From Truepera sp. (GTDB lineage Bacteria > Deinococcota > Deinococci > Deinococcales > Trueperaceae): 64,000 nucleotides of DNA. The notes beneath the pieces are model-generated. The model was not told where the DNA came from. It saw nothing but the letters and a program-made list of their open reading frames with translations, and made no database searches. Numbering within the stretch: the first letter of the stretch is position 1; the number at the start of each line of letters is the position of its first letter. The position numbers and the translations under genes were made by a program. The stretch spans positions 896,001 to 960,000 of the forward strand of contig CBDCKW010000009.1 of assembly GCA_965218435.1 (NCBI GenBank), given 5' to 3'. Shown one piece after another: positions 1 through 9,689 of this stretch.

Positions 1-394
1 CCGCACCGCCGGAGCTGAACTGCCCGCAGTCGCGTCCGGGAATGTTATACGCGACCAAAATAGGGGTCTTGCCCGCCTTCGCTGCGGCTCCCGCATACGC
101 CGATACCGCTTGCCTGACGTCCGGCGTCCAGTCACCGACCCATTTACCCTGCGGCTGACGGGCGATTTTGTCCCGCAGCACTGCGGCTTTGGGGTCTACA
201 GGGTTGCTGCTAACCCAGTTAGCCGCCGCGCTACCGGGGTCCACATAAAACGGGCTGTCGCTAACAGAAGTTGGTCTGCTGCGGCCGTTGACTGTGTCGT
301 CACCAACCGAATTTTTAGTGACGCCACTGCCGATTGCCAAACCTGACAGGAGCAGGCAAAGCAGCGAGCTACCCAAGTTGCGCATCAGTCTCAT
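1..394 (-). CDS. Secreted glycoside hydrolase family 6 (endoglucanase-like), 3' end outside window
   Basis: Manual translation MRLMRNLGSSLLCLLL...PFYVDPGSAAANW...W...PILVAYNIPGRDCGQFSSGGA carries the GH6 YNIPxRDC motif; GGAGAG RBS upstream; not in ORF track because it runs off the edge. Confidence 0.8.
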   Translation of the reverse strand, partial: MRLMRNLGSSLLCLLLSGLAIGSGVTKNSVGDDTVNGRSRPTSVSDSPFYVDPGSAAANWVSSNPVDPKAAVLRDKIARQPQGKWVGDWTPDVRQAVSAYAGAAAKAGKTPILVAYNIPGRDCGQFSSGGA

Positions 395-537
395 AAGGCC
401 CTCTCCAGCTATGAATGACTCTATTGTTACCACGGTTGCTGCGCACTCTATAAAAGTCGTCGGAACGACCGGGGCTAGGGCGTCAACTATAGGGTACATC
501 TTGCACTCTCCCCGCCTTTCTCTTGATACCGTAAGGC

Positions 538-1203
538 GTGCCTATTCCGCTTTTCCCGCTGCCGGAACTCGTCGTCTTTCCCGGTATGACGCTGCCGCTA
601 TTTATCTTTGAAGAGCGTTACCGTAAGATGATCCGAGACTGTGTGGAGCAGAGTCAGCGCCGCGTCGCGCTCGTGCTGGCCGGACCGGAAGCGCAGATCA
701 GCGACGTACCCGAGTTGCAAGGGATCGCCGCGATAGGTTCGTTTGTAGATATCTTATCGGTAATGGAAAATGCCGACGGAACCTTTAACGTCCTGACGCA
801 CGGGCAAGAACGCTGTTATATCAGACTTTCGCACAGCGAAGACGTCACCGCGCCCGACGGCAGTACTAGTCAGCTTCACTACACCGAAGATTTGCCCTAT
901 CTTTTAGAGCGCGACGACCCGAACCGGGAGCGGCTCGCGGCTTGGGACGCGCTCGAGGTCTTTTACCGGTACGCGCAAGCTTTTTTTGCCGAAGGTGCCC
1001 AGGCTCAGCTCGAGGAGGCGCTCCCTGAAGACCTCCTTTTTCAAGCCTCGTTTATCTGCGCCAACTTGAGGCTTCCCGCTAGCGTGCGTCAGGAACTGCT
1101 CGAGGCCCCGTCGCTCATCGGGCGTTTTAGCGCGGCGCAGCGCCGGATGGAGGAGCAACTCCGGAGTTATTCGCCCAGTACCGAACGGCTGGACCTCAAC
1201 TAA
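538..1203 (+). CDS. Stand-alone Lon substrate-binding (LON N) domain protein
   Basis: IPLFPLPELVVFPGMTLPLFIFEERYRKMI N-terminal motif; no AAA+ or protease domain. Confidence 0.85.
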   Translation: MPIPLFPLPELVVFPGMTLPLFIFEERYRKMIRDCVEQSQRRVALVLAGPEAQISDVPELQGIAAIGSFVDILSVMENADGTFNVLTHGQERCYIRLSHSEDVTAPDGSTSQLHYTEDLPYLLERDDPNRERLAAWDALEVFYRYAQAFFAEGAQAQLEEALPEDLLFQASFICANLRLPASVRQELLEAPSLIGRFSAAQRRMEEQLRSYSPSTERLDLN

Positions 1204-1214
1204 ATGACCTTTAG

Positions 1215-2306
1215 ATGACTCCCGAAACGAGCCCAGCTACAAACCCGGTACAGCCCGACTTTCGCTTTCGCTGGAGCGAGTTGCCGCCCCTGACCGCTCA
1301 GCTACCGGGGAGCGGGGGGCGTATCCGTGAGGTGCTGGAAGATTTTACGGTCGAAGAGGTGCCGCTCTATCTGCCCGAAGGTTCGGGTTCGCACGCCTAC
1401 GCGCGGGTTGAAAAACGCGGCTTGACGACCCGCGATCTGGTATTAGCTTTGCTGCGTCAAGGACTCAAAGAAAAAGAGATCGGCGTCGCCGGACTTAAAG
1501 ATAAATACGCCGTCACGACGCAGTGGTTGAGTGTCCCCAACCGTCACGCGGCGGCGCTCGCGGCGCTCACCGAGCTCGACGGAGTGAGAGTCTTAGAGAC
1601 CTCGAGACACCGCAACAAACTCGGCATCGGGCACCTGCGCGGCAACCGCTTTAGCATTCGTGTTCGGGGAGGCGACCCGGCGGCGGCGGCGGCTGTGCTC
1701 GAGGTTCTTAAAACAGCGGGCGTCCCTAACTACTTCGGTCCCCAGCGGTTTGGCCGTTTTGGAACCAACGCCGTAGACGGCTTGAAACTCATCCGGGGTG
1801 AACACGTTCCCGGCGGGCACCGGCTTAAACGGTTTTTTTTGTCGGCGTTGCAGTCGCTGCTGTTTAACCAGATGCTGAGCGTGCGGTTGGAGCGCGGACT
1901 TTATGGCAGCGTCGTGCAGGGCGATTGGGCTAAAAAACGCGAGACGGGCGGCGTCTTCGTCGTCGAAGATGCTGAAGTCGAACAGCCTCGAGCTGAACGC
2001 GGCGACATCTCCGCAACCCTGCCGCTCTACGGCAAAAAGGTCAAGGTCAGCGGGTTTGACGCGGGCGCTTTAGAAGCGGAAACGCTCGCCTACTTCGGTC
2101 TCCGCTGGAGCGACTTTACCGCCCGCAAGGGCTCACGCCGCCCGAGCCGTATTTTTTTAGACGACGCCGTGCTTACACCGGAGGACGACGGTTATATCTT
2201 CGCCTTTACGCTGCAAAAAGGGTCGTTTGCAACGAGTGTGCTACGCGAAGTGATGAAAGTTGAAGTGGATGAACCGCTTGGTGATGGGGAAGACGACGAA
2301 GCGTAG
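1215..2306 (+). CDS. truD: tRNA pseudouridine(13) synthase
   Basis: EDFxVEE, AGLKDKYAVTTQW, GNRF, PNYFGPQRFG and GSFAT motifs. Confidence 0.95.
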   Translation: MTPETSPATNPVQPDFRFRWSELPPLTAQLPGSGGRIREVLEDFTVEEVPLYLPEGSGSHAYARVEKRGLTTRDLVLALLRQGLKEKEIGVAGLKDKYAVTTQWLSVPNRHAAALAALTELDGVRVLETSRHRNKLGIGHLRGNRFSIRVRGGDPAAAAAVLEVLKTAGVPNYFGPQRFGRFGTNAVDGLKLIRGEHVPGGHRLKRFFLSALQSLLFNQMLSVRLERGLYGSVVQGDWAKKRETGGVFVVEDAEVEQPRAERGDISATLPLYGKKVKVSGFDAGALEAETLAYFGLRWSDFTARKGSRRPSRIFLDDAVLTPEDDGYIFAFTLQKGSFATSVLREVMKVEVDEPLGDGEDDEA

Positions 2307-2399
2307 CGTTGAAATAAGTCGTGAGTTTACAAATCGCGTCCTTTTGACTACTATCTAAACAGGGGAGACAAACTAGATAGTCGTTAGGAGATATATACG

Positions 2400-2879
2400 A
2401 TGACGAAACCGGCGTGTTTGCGATTTGTTAGCTTGCTTATACTTACACTTACTTTGTCGGCTTGCGGCCTGCGGCCTCCCTTCACGGTTTTTGTCAGTGC
2501 AACGAATTGGGGTGCACAAAGTAGTCCGGGCGATAAAAACACCTACTGTGCGGGGGGCTTGAAAACGCGTGTAGCTGTAGGCAGCGTTGTAGCTGAAACA
2601 TCGCTGGCACCTCTGGGAGACGGTACCGAAACCGATTTCTTAATGCCTGAGACCGCTCCGGCAGGTACGGAGATGACGACCGAGGCGTGGTGCTACGGCG
2701 AGGGTGGAGAGGAGGTCGCTTACGCTCGGGTGACGCGACCTTATGCTTACACACAGATTTTGACAATTGACGCGCGTGCGCCTAGTACCCTGTATCCTTA
2801 CCAACCTGGTGTTGATGACTGCTCAAAGCTCACAGAGCAGCGTGGTCCGCCAATCTGTATCGCCAGCGATTTGTTTTAG
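2400..2879 (+). CDS. Hypothetical lipoprotein
   Basis: Lipobox LSAC, AGGAG RBS, followed by a terminator. Confidence 0.7.
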   Translation: MTKPACLRFVSLLILTLTLSACGLRPPFTVFVSATNWGAQSSPGDKNTYCAGGLKTRVAVGSVVAETSLAPLGDGTETDFLMPETAPAGTEMTTEAWCYGEGGEEVAYARVTRPYAYTQILTIDARAPSTLYPYQPGVDDCSKLTEQRGPPICIASDLF

Positions 2880-2888
2880 CTAGAGTTT

Positions 2889-2923
2889 GTGCGGGCGTGA
2901 CTTCGGTACACCCGCACTTTTTT
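2889..2923 (+). terminator. Intrinsic terminator
   Basis: GTGCGGG..CTTCGG..CCCGCAC hairpin followed by T6. Confidence 0.8.
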
Positions 2924-2959
2924 CAGTAGCAGCGTTACTTCGCAAATTGGAGGAAACCA

Positions 2960-3057
2960 ATGAAACGTCTTGGAACCTTTTTTATCTTCGCTTCTCTGCT
3001 GCTTCTAACAGCCTGCCCGCAAACGAGCACCTCAAAACCAGTTGAACCAGCAAGGGT
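2960..3057 (+). pseudogene. Probable truncated lipoprotein gene (signal peptide plus about 15 aa)
   Basis: GGAGG RBS and MKRLGTFFIFASLLLLTAC lipobox, then the frame runs antisense into the 3' end of the vWA gene. Confidence 0.5.
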
Positions 3058-5463
3058 TTACGAAGGTCTAAACCGGCGCACCGCCAACTCCACGACAAAC
3101 ACCCCCAGTGCCGCGAGCGCAAACCACCGCCACACCGTGCTCCGCTCTCTGGGCAGCTCAGGCGCGTAAGCAGCAGCGTCTTCGATCACTTGGCCACCGG
3201 TCCGCGCGGCAATTTCGCGCAGCAAAGCTTGCCCGCCCGCCGTCTCAAATTCACTGTCAGGGGCGTTCACCTGCGTCCGAGCGACGACTTCACCGCCGCG
3301 TGAAACGCTCAGGCTGCCCGTACCTTGGGAGCGGGGCAACTCGCCTTCGTAACGGCCGGGGGCAACCTGCTCGAGCCCCACTACCTCGCCCCCGTACCGC
3401 GCCGAGAGGGTTTCGCCGTTGATAAACTCGCCTCCGGCTACCGCGTCGAGCACCACGTGCAGCTTGTCGCCGTCGGGCGTGGCGGTGACTTCATAGGTTT
3501 CCGGCCGAACTTGCAGCCAGTGCGTCACGGTGCCGAGCACCCCGGGGAGCGCGGACCAGCTGCCAAAATCTCCGGCAAAAGCGTTCAGATCGGTGGTAAG
3601 TGCGGCACTGCGCCCCAGTCCCTGACGGCTGACTGCGAGCACAGGTTCTTTGTCTTCGCCTTCAAAGATGAGGTCGCTGCCGTTTTTTAAGGTGGTGGCG
3701 ATGTAAGCCCCAACTTTGGGTGGCGTTAAATTATTCGGGGTCAGCGGACTTGCCCGCACCCGGACCGGTAGCGGGCCTTGGCGGAGCAGCGAGCGGGTTG
3801 CGGTCAACGCCTCGCTGGTAAAGATGCGGGGCAAGGTGCTCACGTCGAGCGCCTCGTAGTAGCGCCCGCCCCCGGCTCTGGCAATTTCCGCCAGCCTCGC
3901 CGTATCAGCCTCCGCGCCGATAGCGATGCTCGAGGTGGTAATCCCGTCGCGCCTCCCGGCCTCCGCGAGCGCCCTAAAATCGAAGCCGTTACTGCCGCTG
4001 CTAAAGGGGCCGCCCCCGTCCGAGACGCGCCCGTCGGTCAAGAGGATAATGTGTTTGATCGAGGCGCGGCTCCCCCGTAAACTGCGGAGTCCGGCGCGGT
4101 AGGCGGGTTCTAAGAGCGTGCCACCCCCGGCCTGCACATCTAAGATGGCTTGCAACATCTCGCGTTTGCCCTGAGACGTGGCCGTGCGGAGCTTAAATAC
4201 CCACTGTTCAGAATCGCTAAAGGTCAAAAACCCGAGTTGGTCGCGTTCATACGCCAAGTCCACAACCTCAATGGCACCCTCTTTGGCAAGCTCGAGCTTC
4301 GTCGGGTTGCCCGTAGACATCGACTGCGAACGGTCCATGACAATGACAAGCGCGACTAAAGGCAGTTTGACGTTGCTGCGAACGTCAGTCGAGACCGGCA
4401 ACACCGCCTCGACCGGGGTGCGGTACCAACCGCCGAGACCAAAACTCGCAGGGCCGCCCGCCATCATCAGGCCGCCCCCTTCCTCGACGTAAGAGCGGAG
4501 GAGCTCGAGCTGCCCCGTCGAAAAGGCTGCTGCACCTTCACGTAACACGATGGCGCTGTAGGCGAGCGGCGCACGGATACGCTCCGGGCCGCCCCGGACG
4601 ACCGTAAACCCTTGCGCCGTTAAAAGTCTGGCGAGCGCCGGGTCACCCAACACGAGGACGGGTTCATCTTTAGTCACGTCAATTTCGGTACGCGCCACAT
4701 CGTCTTGGAGGGGTTGACTAAACGGCAGGTCAACCGCTGCCTCGACGTCCAGCACGCCCCCATCGGTCCCGGCAGCCGACACGGTAAAACGCAGCGGCGT
4801 TTGGCCTGCGGTGACACGCTTGGTGATGGGAGCGAGCTCTTTGCCGCCGACACGGGGACGCAGCGTCAGGGTGGTGTCGCGGTCACTCTCGATAACTGCG
4901 GTAATCTCGGCCCTGGCCCCCGGACTGAGCCGCGCCGGAGCCAACAGTTCACGGAGCTGCACATTGCCGAGGCTGGGGGTGTAGAGCACGTCTACCGGCA
5001 CATCCGGCAGGGACGCGAGCGCGTCCCCTTGTGACTCGGCTCCGTCACTTACCAGCAGCAACCGCCCCGCGCCCGTCGCGGCTCCGACCTGAAGTGCCCG
5101 CCCGATGTCGGTGCGACCCCGCAGCGTATCTAATTGGGCAGTGTCTAACCGGGTAGTATCCGGCTGAGTATTTTGCGCTCCCCCAGCTGCGGTAGCGGTG
5201 TCCCCGGCAAACTCGAGCGTTACGTCACCTCTGTTAACTAAGGGTGCGGCGGCCTGCTCTGCTGCGTTGCCGACACTTTCAGAGACATCTACCAAAACAC
5301 CTAAAGACGAGTTCTTGGCCGGGAGTGAAGGTTGCGCGAGCGCCACTAAGAGCAGCGCGAGCGTCACCAGACGCAAAAGCCACGGGCCGAAGCGGGCACG
5401 GCCGGGTAACAGGGGGAGCAGCAGCAAGCCTAACAGCACCCACGGCGCGGCAAAGATGTGCAT
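3058..5463 (-). CDS. Membrane-anchored double vWA domain protein with glutamine-amidotransferase-like domain
   Basis: Two MIDAS motifs (DVSES, DRSQSM), SDG/TDG, GGGLMMAGGPASFGLGG, TM helices at both ends; start moved to MHIFAAPW. Confidence 0.85.
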   Translation of the reverse strand: MHIFAAPWVLLGLLLLPLLPGRARFGPWLLRLVTLALLLVALAQPSLPAKNSSLGVLVDVSESVGNAAEQAAAPLVNRGDVTLEFAGDTATAAGGAQNTQPDTTRLDTAQLDTLRGRTDIGRALQVGAATGAGRLLLVSDGAESQGDALASLPDVPVDVLYTPSLGNVQLRELLAPARLSPGARAEITAVIESDRDTTLTLRPRVGGKELAPITKRVTAGQTPLRFTVSAAGTDGGVLDVEAAVDLPFSQPLQDDVARTEIDVTKDEPVLVLGDPALARLLTAQGFTVVRGGPERIRAPLAYSAIVLREGAAAFSTGQLELLRSYVEEGGGLMMAGGPASFGLGGWYRTPVEAVLPVSTDVRSNVKLPLVALVIVMDRSQSMSTGNPTKLELAKEGAIEVVDLAYERDQLGFLTFSDSEQWVFKLRTATSQGKREMLQAILDVQAGGGTLLEPAYRAGLRSLRGSRASIKHIILLTDGRVSDGGGPFSSGSNGFDFRALAEAGRRDGITTSSIAIGAEADTARLAEIARAGGGRYYEALDVSTLPRIFTSEALTATRSLLRQGPLPVRVRASPLTPNNLTPPKVGAYIATTLKNGSDLIFEGEDKEPVLAVSRQGLGRSAALTTDLNAFAGDFGSWSALPGVLGTVTHWLQVRPETYEVTATPDGDKLHVVLDAVAGGEFINGETLSARYGGEVVGLEQVAPGRYEGELPRSQGTGSLSVSRGGEVVARTQVNAPDSEFETAGGQALLREIAARTGGQVIEDAAAYAPELPRERSTVWRWFALAALGVFVVELAVRRFRPS

Positions 5464-5691
5464 AGGCCAGTGTAGCGCAGGGACCGGAGGCAGTCTGTCG
5501 CCGAATATCTCAATATTTAGGGAGAAGAAGTCGGTAGAAAGAATAAAGTGCCAATTTGGAGGCGGAGCGTGCGTTTTTAGCTGCTTAGCGCGTAACGACG
5601 TAAGCAATACGGCCCAGCTTGGTCAAGAAACAGTGTCTCCCATCTACTCAACACGTAACAACAAGAAATAAGCGTAGAAGTCGGCGTCATT

Positions 5692-5892
5692 CAGGGCTTA
5701 CGCCTATGGACTACAGCGAAGTTTTTGTGTCTCCGTCACTGCCCTATCGAAGGTCAACCAGCTTATAGGTTGCTCTCTACCAACGTCGCCGACGCTGAAC
5801 GTGCAGAAGCTACGCCGAGGTTGGCATGGCCACCGAAAGCCGTACGTTACCTTTACTGGGCTGGTGAAACCTTGTCACAGGCGTAAGCCCTG
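5692..5892. mobile_element. 201-bp MITE
   Basis: Perfect 14-bp TIR CAGGGCTTACGCCT (5692-5705 / 5879-5892) flanked by an 8-bp direct repeat GCGTCATT (5684-5691, 5893-5900). Confidence 0.9.
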
Positions 5893-6005
5893 GCGTCATT
5901 TGGAATAACTGCTCGAGCCCACCTTTTCACCTTAAACCTCGCACCTCAAAAAACCTTGCGCTTCAAAGTTTTGTATGGCGGAAGGGACCTTGGTCAGCCG
6001 CCCCC

Positions 6006-6599
6006 TTGCTACCCTATGGGATGGTACGACTGAGCGAAATCCTCGAGCACGACGCCCCGCATCTGGGTATTACCGACCGCAAACAGTTGCTGGCTTTTTA
6101 CGACGCACTTAAAACCGCCTTACGTGAGGCTCGGCTGACGCCTGCAGGCGGCGCACTGCCGAGCAGCTTAAACGAACTCTTGGCGCTCCTTCCGGGTGAG
6201 CCAAAGCCCGCTAAGCGCGACCGCGAGCTGACCGACTGGTCGGTTGACAACGACCTCAAGTACGCCGCTTTTCTCGAGGCTTGGCGCGCCAGGGTGTCGG
6301 TGACAAAGGCCGGAGCCAAACCGAGGGCTGTAGCTGCGCCGCTCTTTCAGGCGGTGACCCGGTTGCAAACCCTTAAAGCACAGGGAGCCAAAAAAGCAGA
6401 ACTGACGGCGGCAGTGAGCACCTTTTTAGAGGTGTACGCGTTGTCACAACACGCGTTGCGGCTGCCGCCGCTGGCGGGTCCGCTGCCCGAACGCTTGCCT
6501 GAAGGGATCAAAATGGACCCACAAGTCACCCTGGGGCGTGACGCCAAAGGGGTTTACGTCGGACTGGTCAAGCGTAAAGGTGACGTACCGCCAACATAG
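6006..6599 (+). CDS. Hypothetical protein
   Basis: 197-aa ORF with host-like codon usage; true start may be ATG 6021. Confidence 0.6.
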   Translation: MLPYGMVRLSEILEHDAPHLGITDRKQLLAFYDALKTALREARLTPAGGALPSSLNELLALLPGEPKPAKRDRELTDWSVDNDLKYAAFLEAWRARVSVTKAGAKPRAVAAPLFQAVTRLQTLKAQGAKKAELTAAVSTFLEVYALSQHALRLPPLAGPLPERLPEGIKMDPQVTLGRDAKGVYVGLVKRKGDVPPT

Positions 6600-6690
6600 C
6601 GCGGGCAGCAGACTCTAAAATATCTCTCCAAGGGTCTATCTTGGAGCTTGAAATCACGCCTGGAACGGAAGAATCCAGCCCCCAACCGAC

Positions 6691-6719
6691 TTGACAAAAG
6701 CGCGTTTTAGTACTATACT
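6691..6719 (+). promoter_or_regulatory. Near-consensus sigma-70 promoter of the sigma gene
   Basis: TTGACA-17 bp-TATACT. Confidence 0.8.
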
Positions 6720-6858
6720 AATTATAGTTTTGTGATGCTCCAAACCCTTCTTTCAAATCCATAACCGCTCGCTTACGCCTTTTAGCTGCACTCAACCCAT
6801 CTGTTTGGTGCAGTGAGTAAGCCCAGCTTATAGATACGCGCTCACGCCGGAGGTCAAG

Positions 6859-8034
6859 ATGCCCAGCCAAACAGCACCACATAAACGCGCCGTAAGCCGA
6901 CAAGGAACGGCTCAAGAAGTAGAGGACGGGACCATGCCCAACAACCTTAAAACAGACGAAACTGAAGCCGACCTCGAGTCCGATGACCTCGAGACCGCTG
7001 CCGACGAATTTGAAGAGATAGACGAAGACGAGCTCGACGAAGACGTTGCCGAAGAAGAAGACCGTGAAGCACTCGAGGCCCGGATGGAGGCGCAGCTCAG
7101 CACCGCTGCCTCGACCAGCGACCCGGTGCGCCAGTATCTGCAAGAGATCGGCAAGGTCAGGCTGCTGACGCTCGAGGAAGAAATCTCGCTCGCGAGGCGT
7201 TACGAAGAGGGCCGCGCCGCCGAAACTAAGCTCGCTGAAGAAGGGGCGACGCTGACTGAGCGCGCCCAACGTGCCCTGAAACGCATCGTCGAAGACGGCG
7301 AACTCGCTAAAGGCCAGCTGACCGAGGCCAACTTGCGCCTCGTTGTTTCGATTGCTAAAAAGTACCGCAACCGCGGCTTGGGCTTTATGGACACGGTGCA
7401 GGAGGGCAATCAGGGCCTGATCCGCGCTGTAGAAAAGTTCGACTACCGCAAAGGCTTTAAGTTCTCGACTTACGCGACCTGGTGGATTCGTCAAGCGATC
7501 AACCGGGCGCTCGCCGACCAAGGCCGCACGATTCGTATCCCCGTTCACATGGGTGAGACTTTGAACAAGCTCAACCGAGTCAAACGCGAACTGCACCAGG
7601 ATTTGGGCCGTGACCCGACTTTCGCTGAACTCGCGCACACAATGGGGCCGGACTGGACCGCCGACCGGGTAGAAGAGGTATTTCAGCTGACCCGCGAGCC
7701 CGTCTCGTTGGAAACGCCCGTCGGTGAAGAAGACGACTCGTTTTACGGCGACTTTATCGCCGACGAAAGCCTCGAGTCGCCCCTCGAGTTAGCGAGCCAA
7801 AATGCTATGAGCGAGCAGTTAAGCTCGGCGTTAGAAAAGCTCAATGAACGCGAGGCGATGGTCTTAAAGCTCCGTCACGGCCTGATCGACGACCGCGAGC
7901 ACACGTTAGAAGAGGTCGGTCAGCAGCTCGGCGTGACCCGTGAGCGGATTCGCCAGATTGAAAACAAGGCGCTCCGCAAACTCAAGTACTTCGAGAGCCG
8001 CAACCGCGGCCTGAGAGATTTCGTCGGCTCTTAG
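6859..8034 (+). CDS. rpoD: RNA polymerase sigma-70 factor, RpoD/SigA-like
   Basis: [11 protein letters not shown] (1.2), [40 protein letters not shown]; could be a paralog of the primary sigma. Confidence 0.8.
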   Translation: MPSQTAPHKRAVSRQGTAQEVEDGTMPNNLKTDETEADLESDDLETAADEFEEIDEDELDEDVAEEEDREALEARMEAQLSTAASTSDPVRQYLQEIGKVRLLTLEEEISLARRYEEGRAAETKLAEEGATLTERAQRALKRIVEDGELAKGQLTEANLRLVVSIAKKYRNRGLGFMDTVQEGNQGLIRAVEKFDYRKGFKFSTYATWWIRQAINRALADQGRTIRIPVHMGETLNKLNRVKRELHQDLGRDPTFAELAHTMGPDWTADRVEEVFQLTREPVSLETPVGEEDDSFYGDFIADESLESPLELASQNAMSEQLSSALEKLNEREAMVLKLRHGLIDDREHTLEEVGQQLGVTRERIRQIENKALRKLKYFESRNRGLRDFVGS

Positions 8035-8066
8035 CGTAACGACCCACCGTAAATACCTGAATACTC

Positions 8067-8099
8067 ACCGGCTGATCCGATAAAGTCAGCCGGTTTTTT
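8067..8099 (+). terminator. Intrinsic terminator
   Basis: ACCGGCTGA/TCAGCCGGT stem followed by a T run. Confidence 0.85.
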
Positions 8100-8249
8100 A
8101 GTGCTGTTTTTCTCTTTTGTAACGGGGTATGAGAAGCGCGTTTGTCAGCTGCCGTAAACCTTAGGGTTTACGGCAGTAGTTAGCGTCACGATTTAGCGTA
8201 AAGTTAAGCAGATGATCTCGAGCCGTCAGCCTGGGGCCGTGCGCACAAG

Positions 8250-9689
8250 GTGAGCTGGCATAGCGCCTACCGCGAGCGGGTGTTAGAGCCCGACTACACC
8301 TTTGCCGAACGTCACCTGGCCCCGTACCTGTTAGACGCGCTGAGCGCACACGTCAAGACTGTTGCGCGGCTGTCTATTTCACATCCTCACCAAGTTGAGG
8401 TCAAGGCGCTTTTGGCGGCGCTTCGTCAGCTCTACGCGGAGCCGCCCGTCCCTTACGACCCGGTGGTACCCGACCTCTATTTTGCGGTAAACCGTAGACT
8501 CGAGGCCGCGTTGGGCGAGCCGACCGTCAGCTTTTTACGGCTGGGGCTTTCACGAAACGACCTCGATATGACGGTGTACAAACTCCGCGCCCGCGAACTG
8601 CTGCTCAGTCTCGGGCAGCAGCTCTGCGCCTTACGAGGGGCAATTTTGAAGCAGGCCGAAACGCACCTGGAAACTGTTCTCATCGCCTACACGCACCACC
8701 AACCGGGGCAGCCGACGACTGTCGCGCATTATCTAGCCGCTATCGAAGGGGCGCTGGCGCGTGACTCCGAGCGTCTTCTGGCGACGTTCGGGCGGCTCAA
8801 CACCTGTCCGCTGGGTGCGGCGGCGCTCGCCGGGAGCAGTCACCCACTAGACCGCGCTTACACCGCGCAACTGCTGGGCTTTCATGCACCGGTCGAAAAT
8901 ACCTACGATGCGGTAGCTGCGTCGGACTGGCAGCTCGACATCGTTGGGGTGTCGCAGAGCTGCGCGGTGACCTCCTCACGGTTTGTCTGCGATCTCCTCA
9001 ACTGGGCGTCGCAAGGGGTGTTTCGGTTGGGGGACGGCTTGGTGCAGGGCTCCTCAGTTATGCCGCAAAAACGCAATCCGGTGGCTTTAGAGCACGCCCG
9101 CACGCGCTTTTCGCGCGTTTTGGGCGCGTCGCAGATGGTGCTCTATTCGTCGCACAACATCCCTTACGGCGATCTGAACGATTTCGGCCCCGATATTCAG
9201 GGCGCACTCCAGACTCTGTTCTTACAGCTCAGCGGCGGCTTGGCCTTGCTGCACGCGTGCCTCAGCGAGAGCCGTTTCAACACCGTAAAACTCGCTGAAC
9301 TTGCCGCCGCAACCGACACGACCGCGACCGAACTAGCCGACGAACTGACCCGGCGCGGCCTCAGCTTTCAGGCGGCGCACCGTTTGGTCGGGCGCTTGGT
9401 TGCGCGTCTACAAGACCGTGGGGAGCCTTTGGAACGTGCAATCCCTGAGGACCTACAAGAATTAGGTGGCCCCGTGTTAGCTGAAACTGCTCTAAGCGAC
9501 GCCCTTAACCCGGAACTGTTCGTCCGCCGCCGCAACGGTTTGGGCGGCCCTGCCCCGGACACAGTGAAAGCACATCTGCTTCACGCCGCGCAACGTCTGG
9601 CCGAAAACTCAGCTAAACTAGACGGGGTACAAACTCAGCTTAAAGAGGCGCAGCGCAGTTTGCGTGTGCCGGGAGAGGAACACTTGTGA
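8250..9689 (+). CDS. Argininosuccinate-lyase-like C-N lyase (fumarase/aspartase superfamily)
   Basis: SRND, YTHxQxxQP and GSSVMPQKRNP signature motifs. Confidence 0.85.
   Translation: MSWHSAYRERVLEPDYTFAERHLAPYLLDALSAHVKTVARLSISHPHQVEVKALLAALRQLYAEPPVPYDPVVPDLYFAVNRRLEAALGEPTVSFLRLGLSRNDLDMTVYKLRARELLLSLGQQLCALRGAILKQAETHLETVLIAYTHHQPGQPTTVAHYLAAIEGALARDSERLLATFGRLNTCPLGAAALAGSSHPLDRAYTAQLLGFHAPVENTYDAVAASDWQLDIVGVSQSCAVTSSRFVCDLLNWASQGVFRLGDGLVQGSSVMPQKRNPVALEHARTRFSRVLGASQMVLYSSHNIPYGDLNDFGPDIQGALQTLFLQLSGGLALLHACLSESRFNTVKLAELAAATDTTATELADELTRRGLSFQAAHRLVGRLVARLQDRGEPLERAIPEDLQELGGPVLAETALSDALNPELFVRRRNGLGGPAPDTVKAHLLHAAQRLAENSAKLDGVQTQLKEAQRSLRVPGEEHL

Noticed and set aside
6718..7638. 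306-aa antisense ORF over the sigma gene, and similar shadow ORFs throughout
   Set aside because: Typical antisense open frames of GC-rich coding DNA, with no motifs or RBS.
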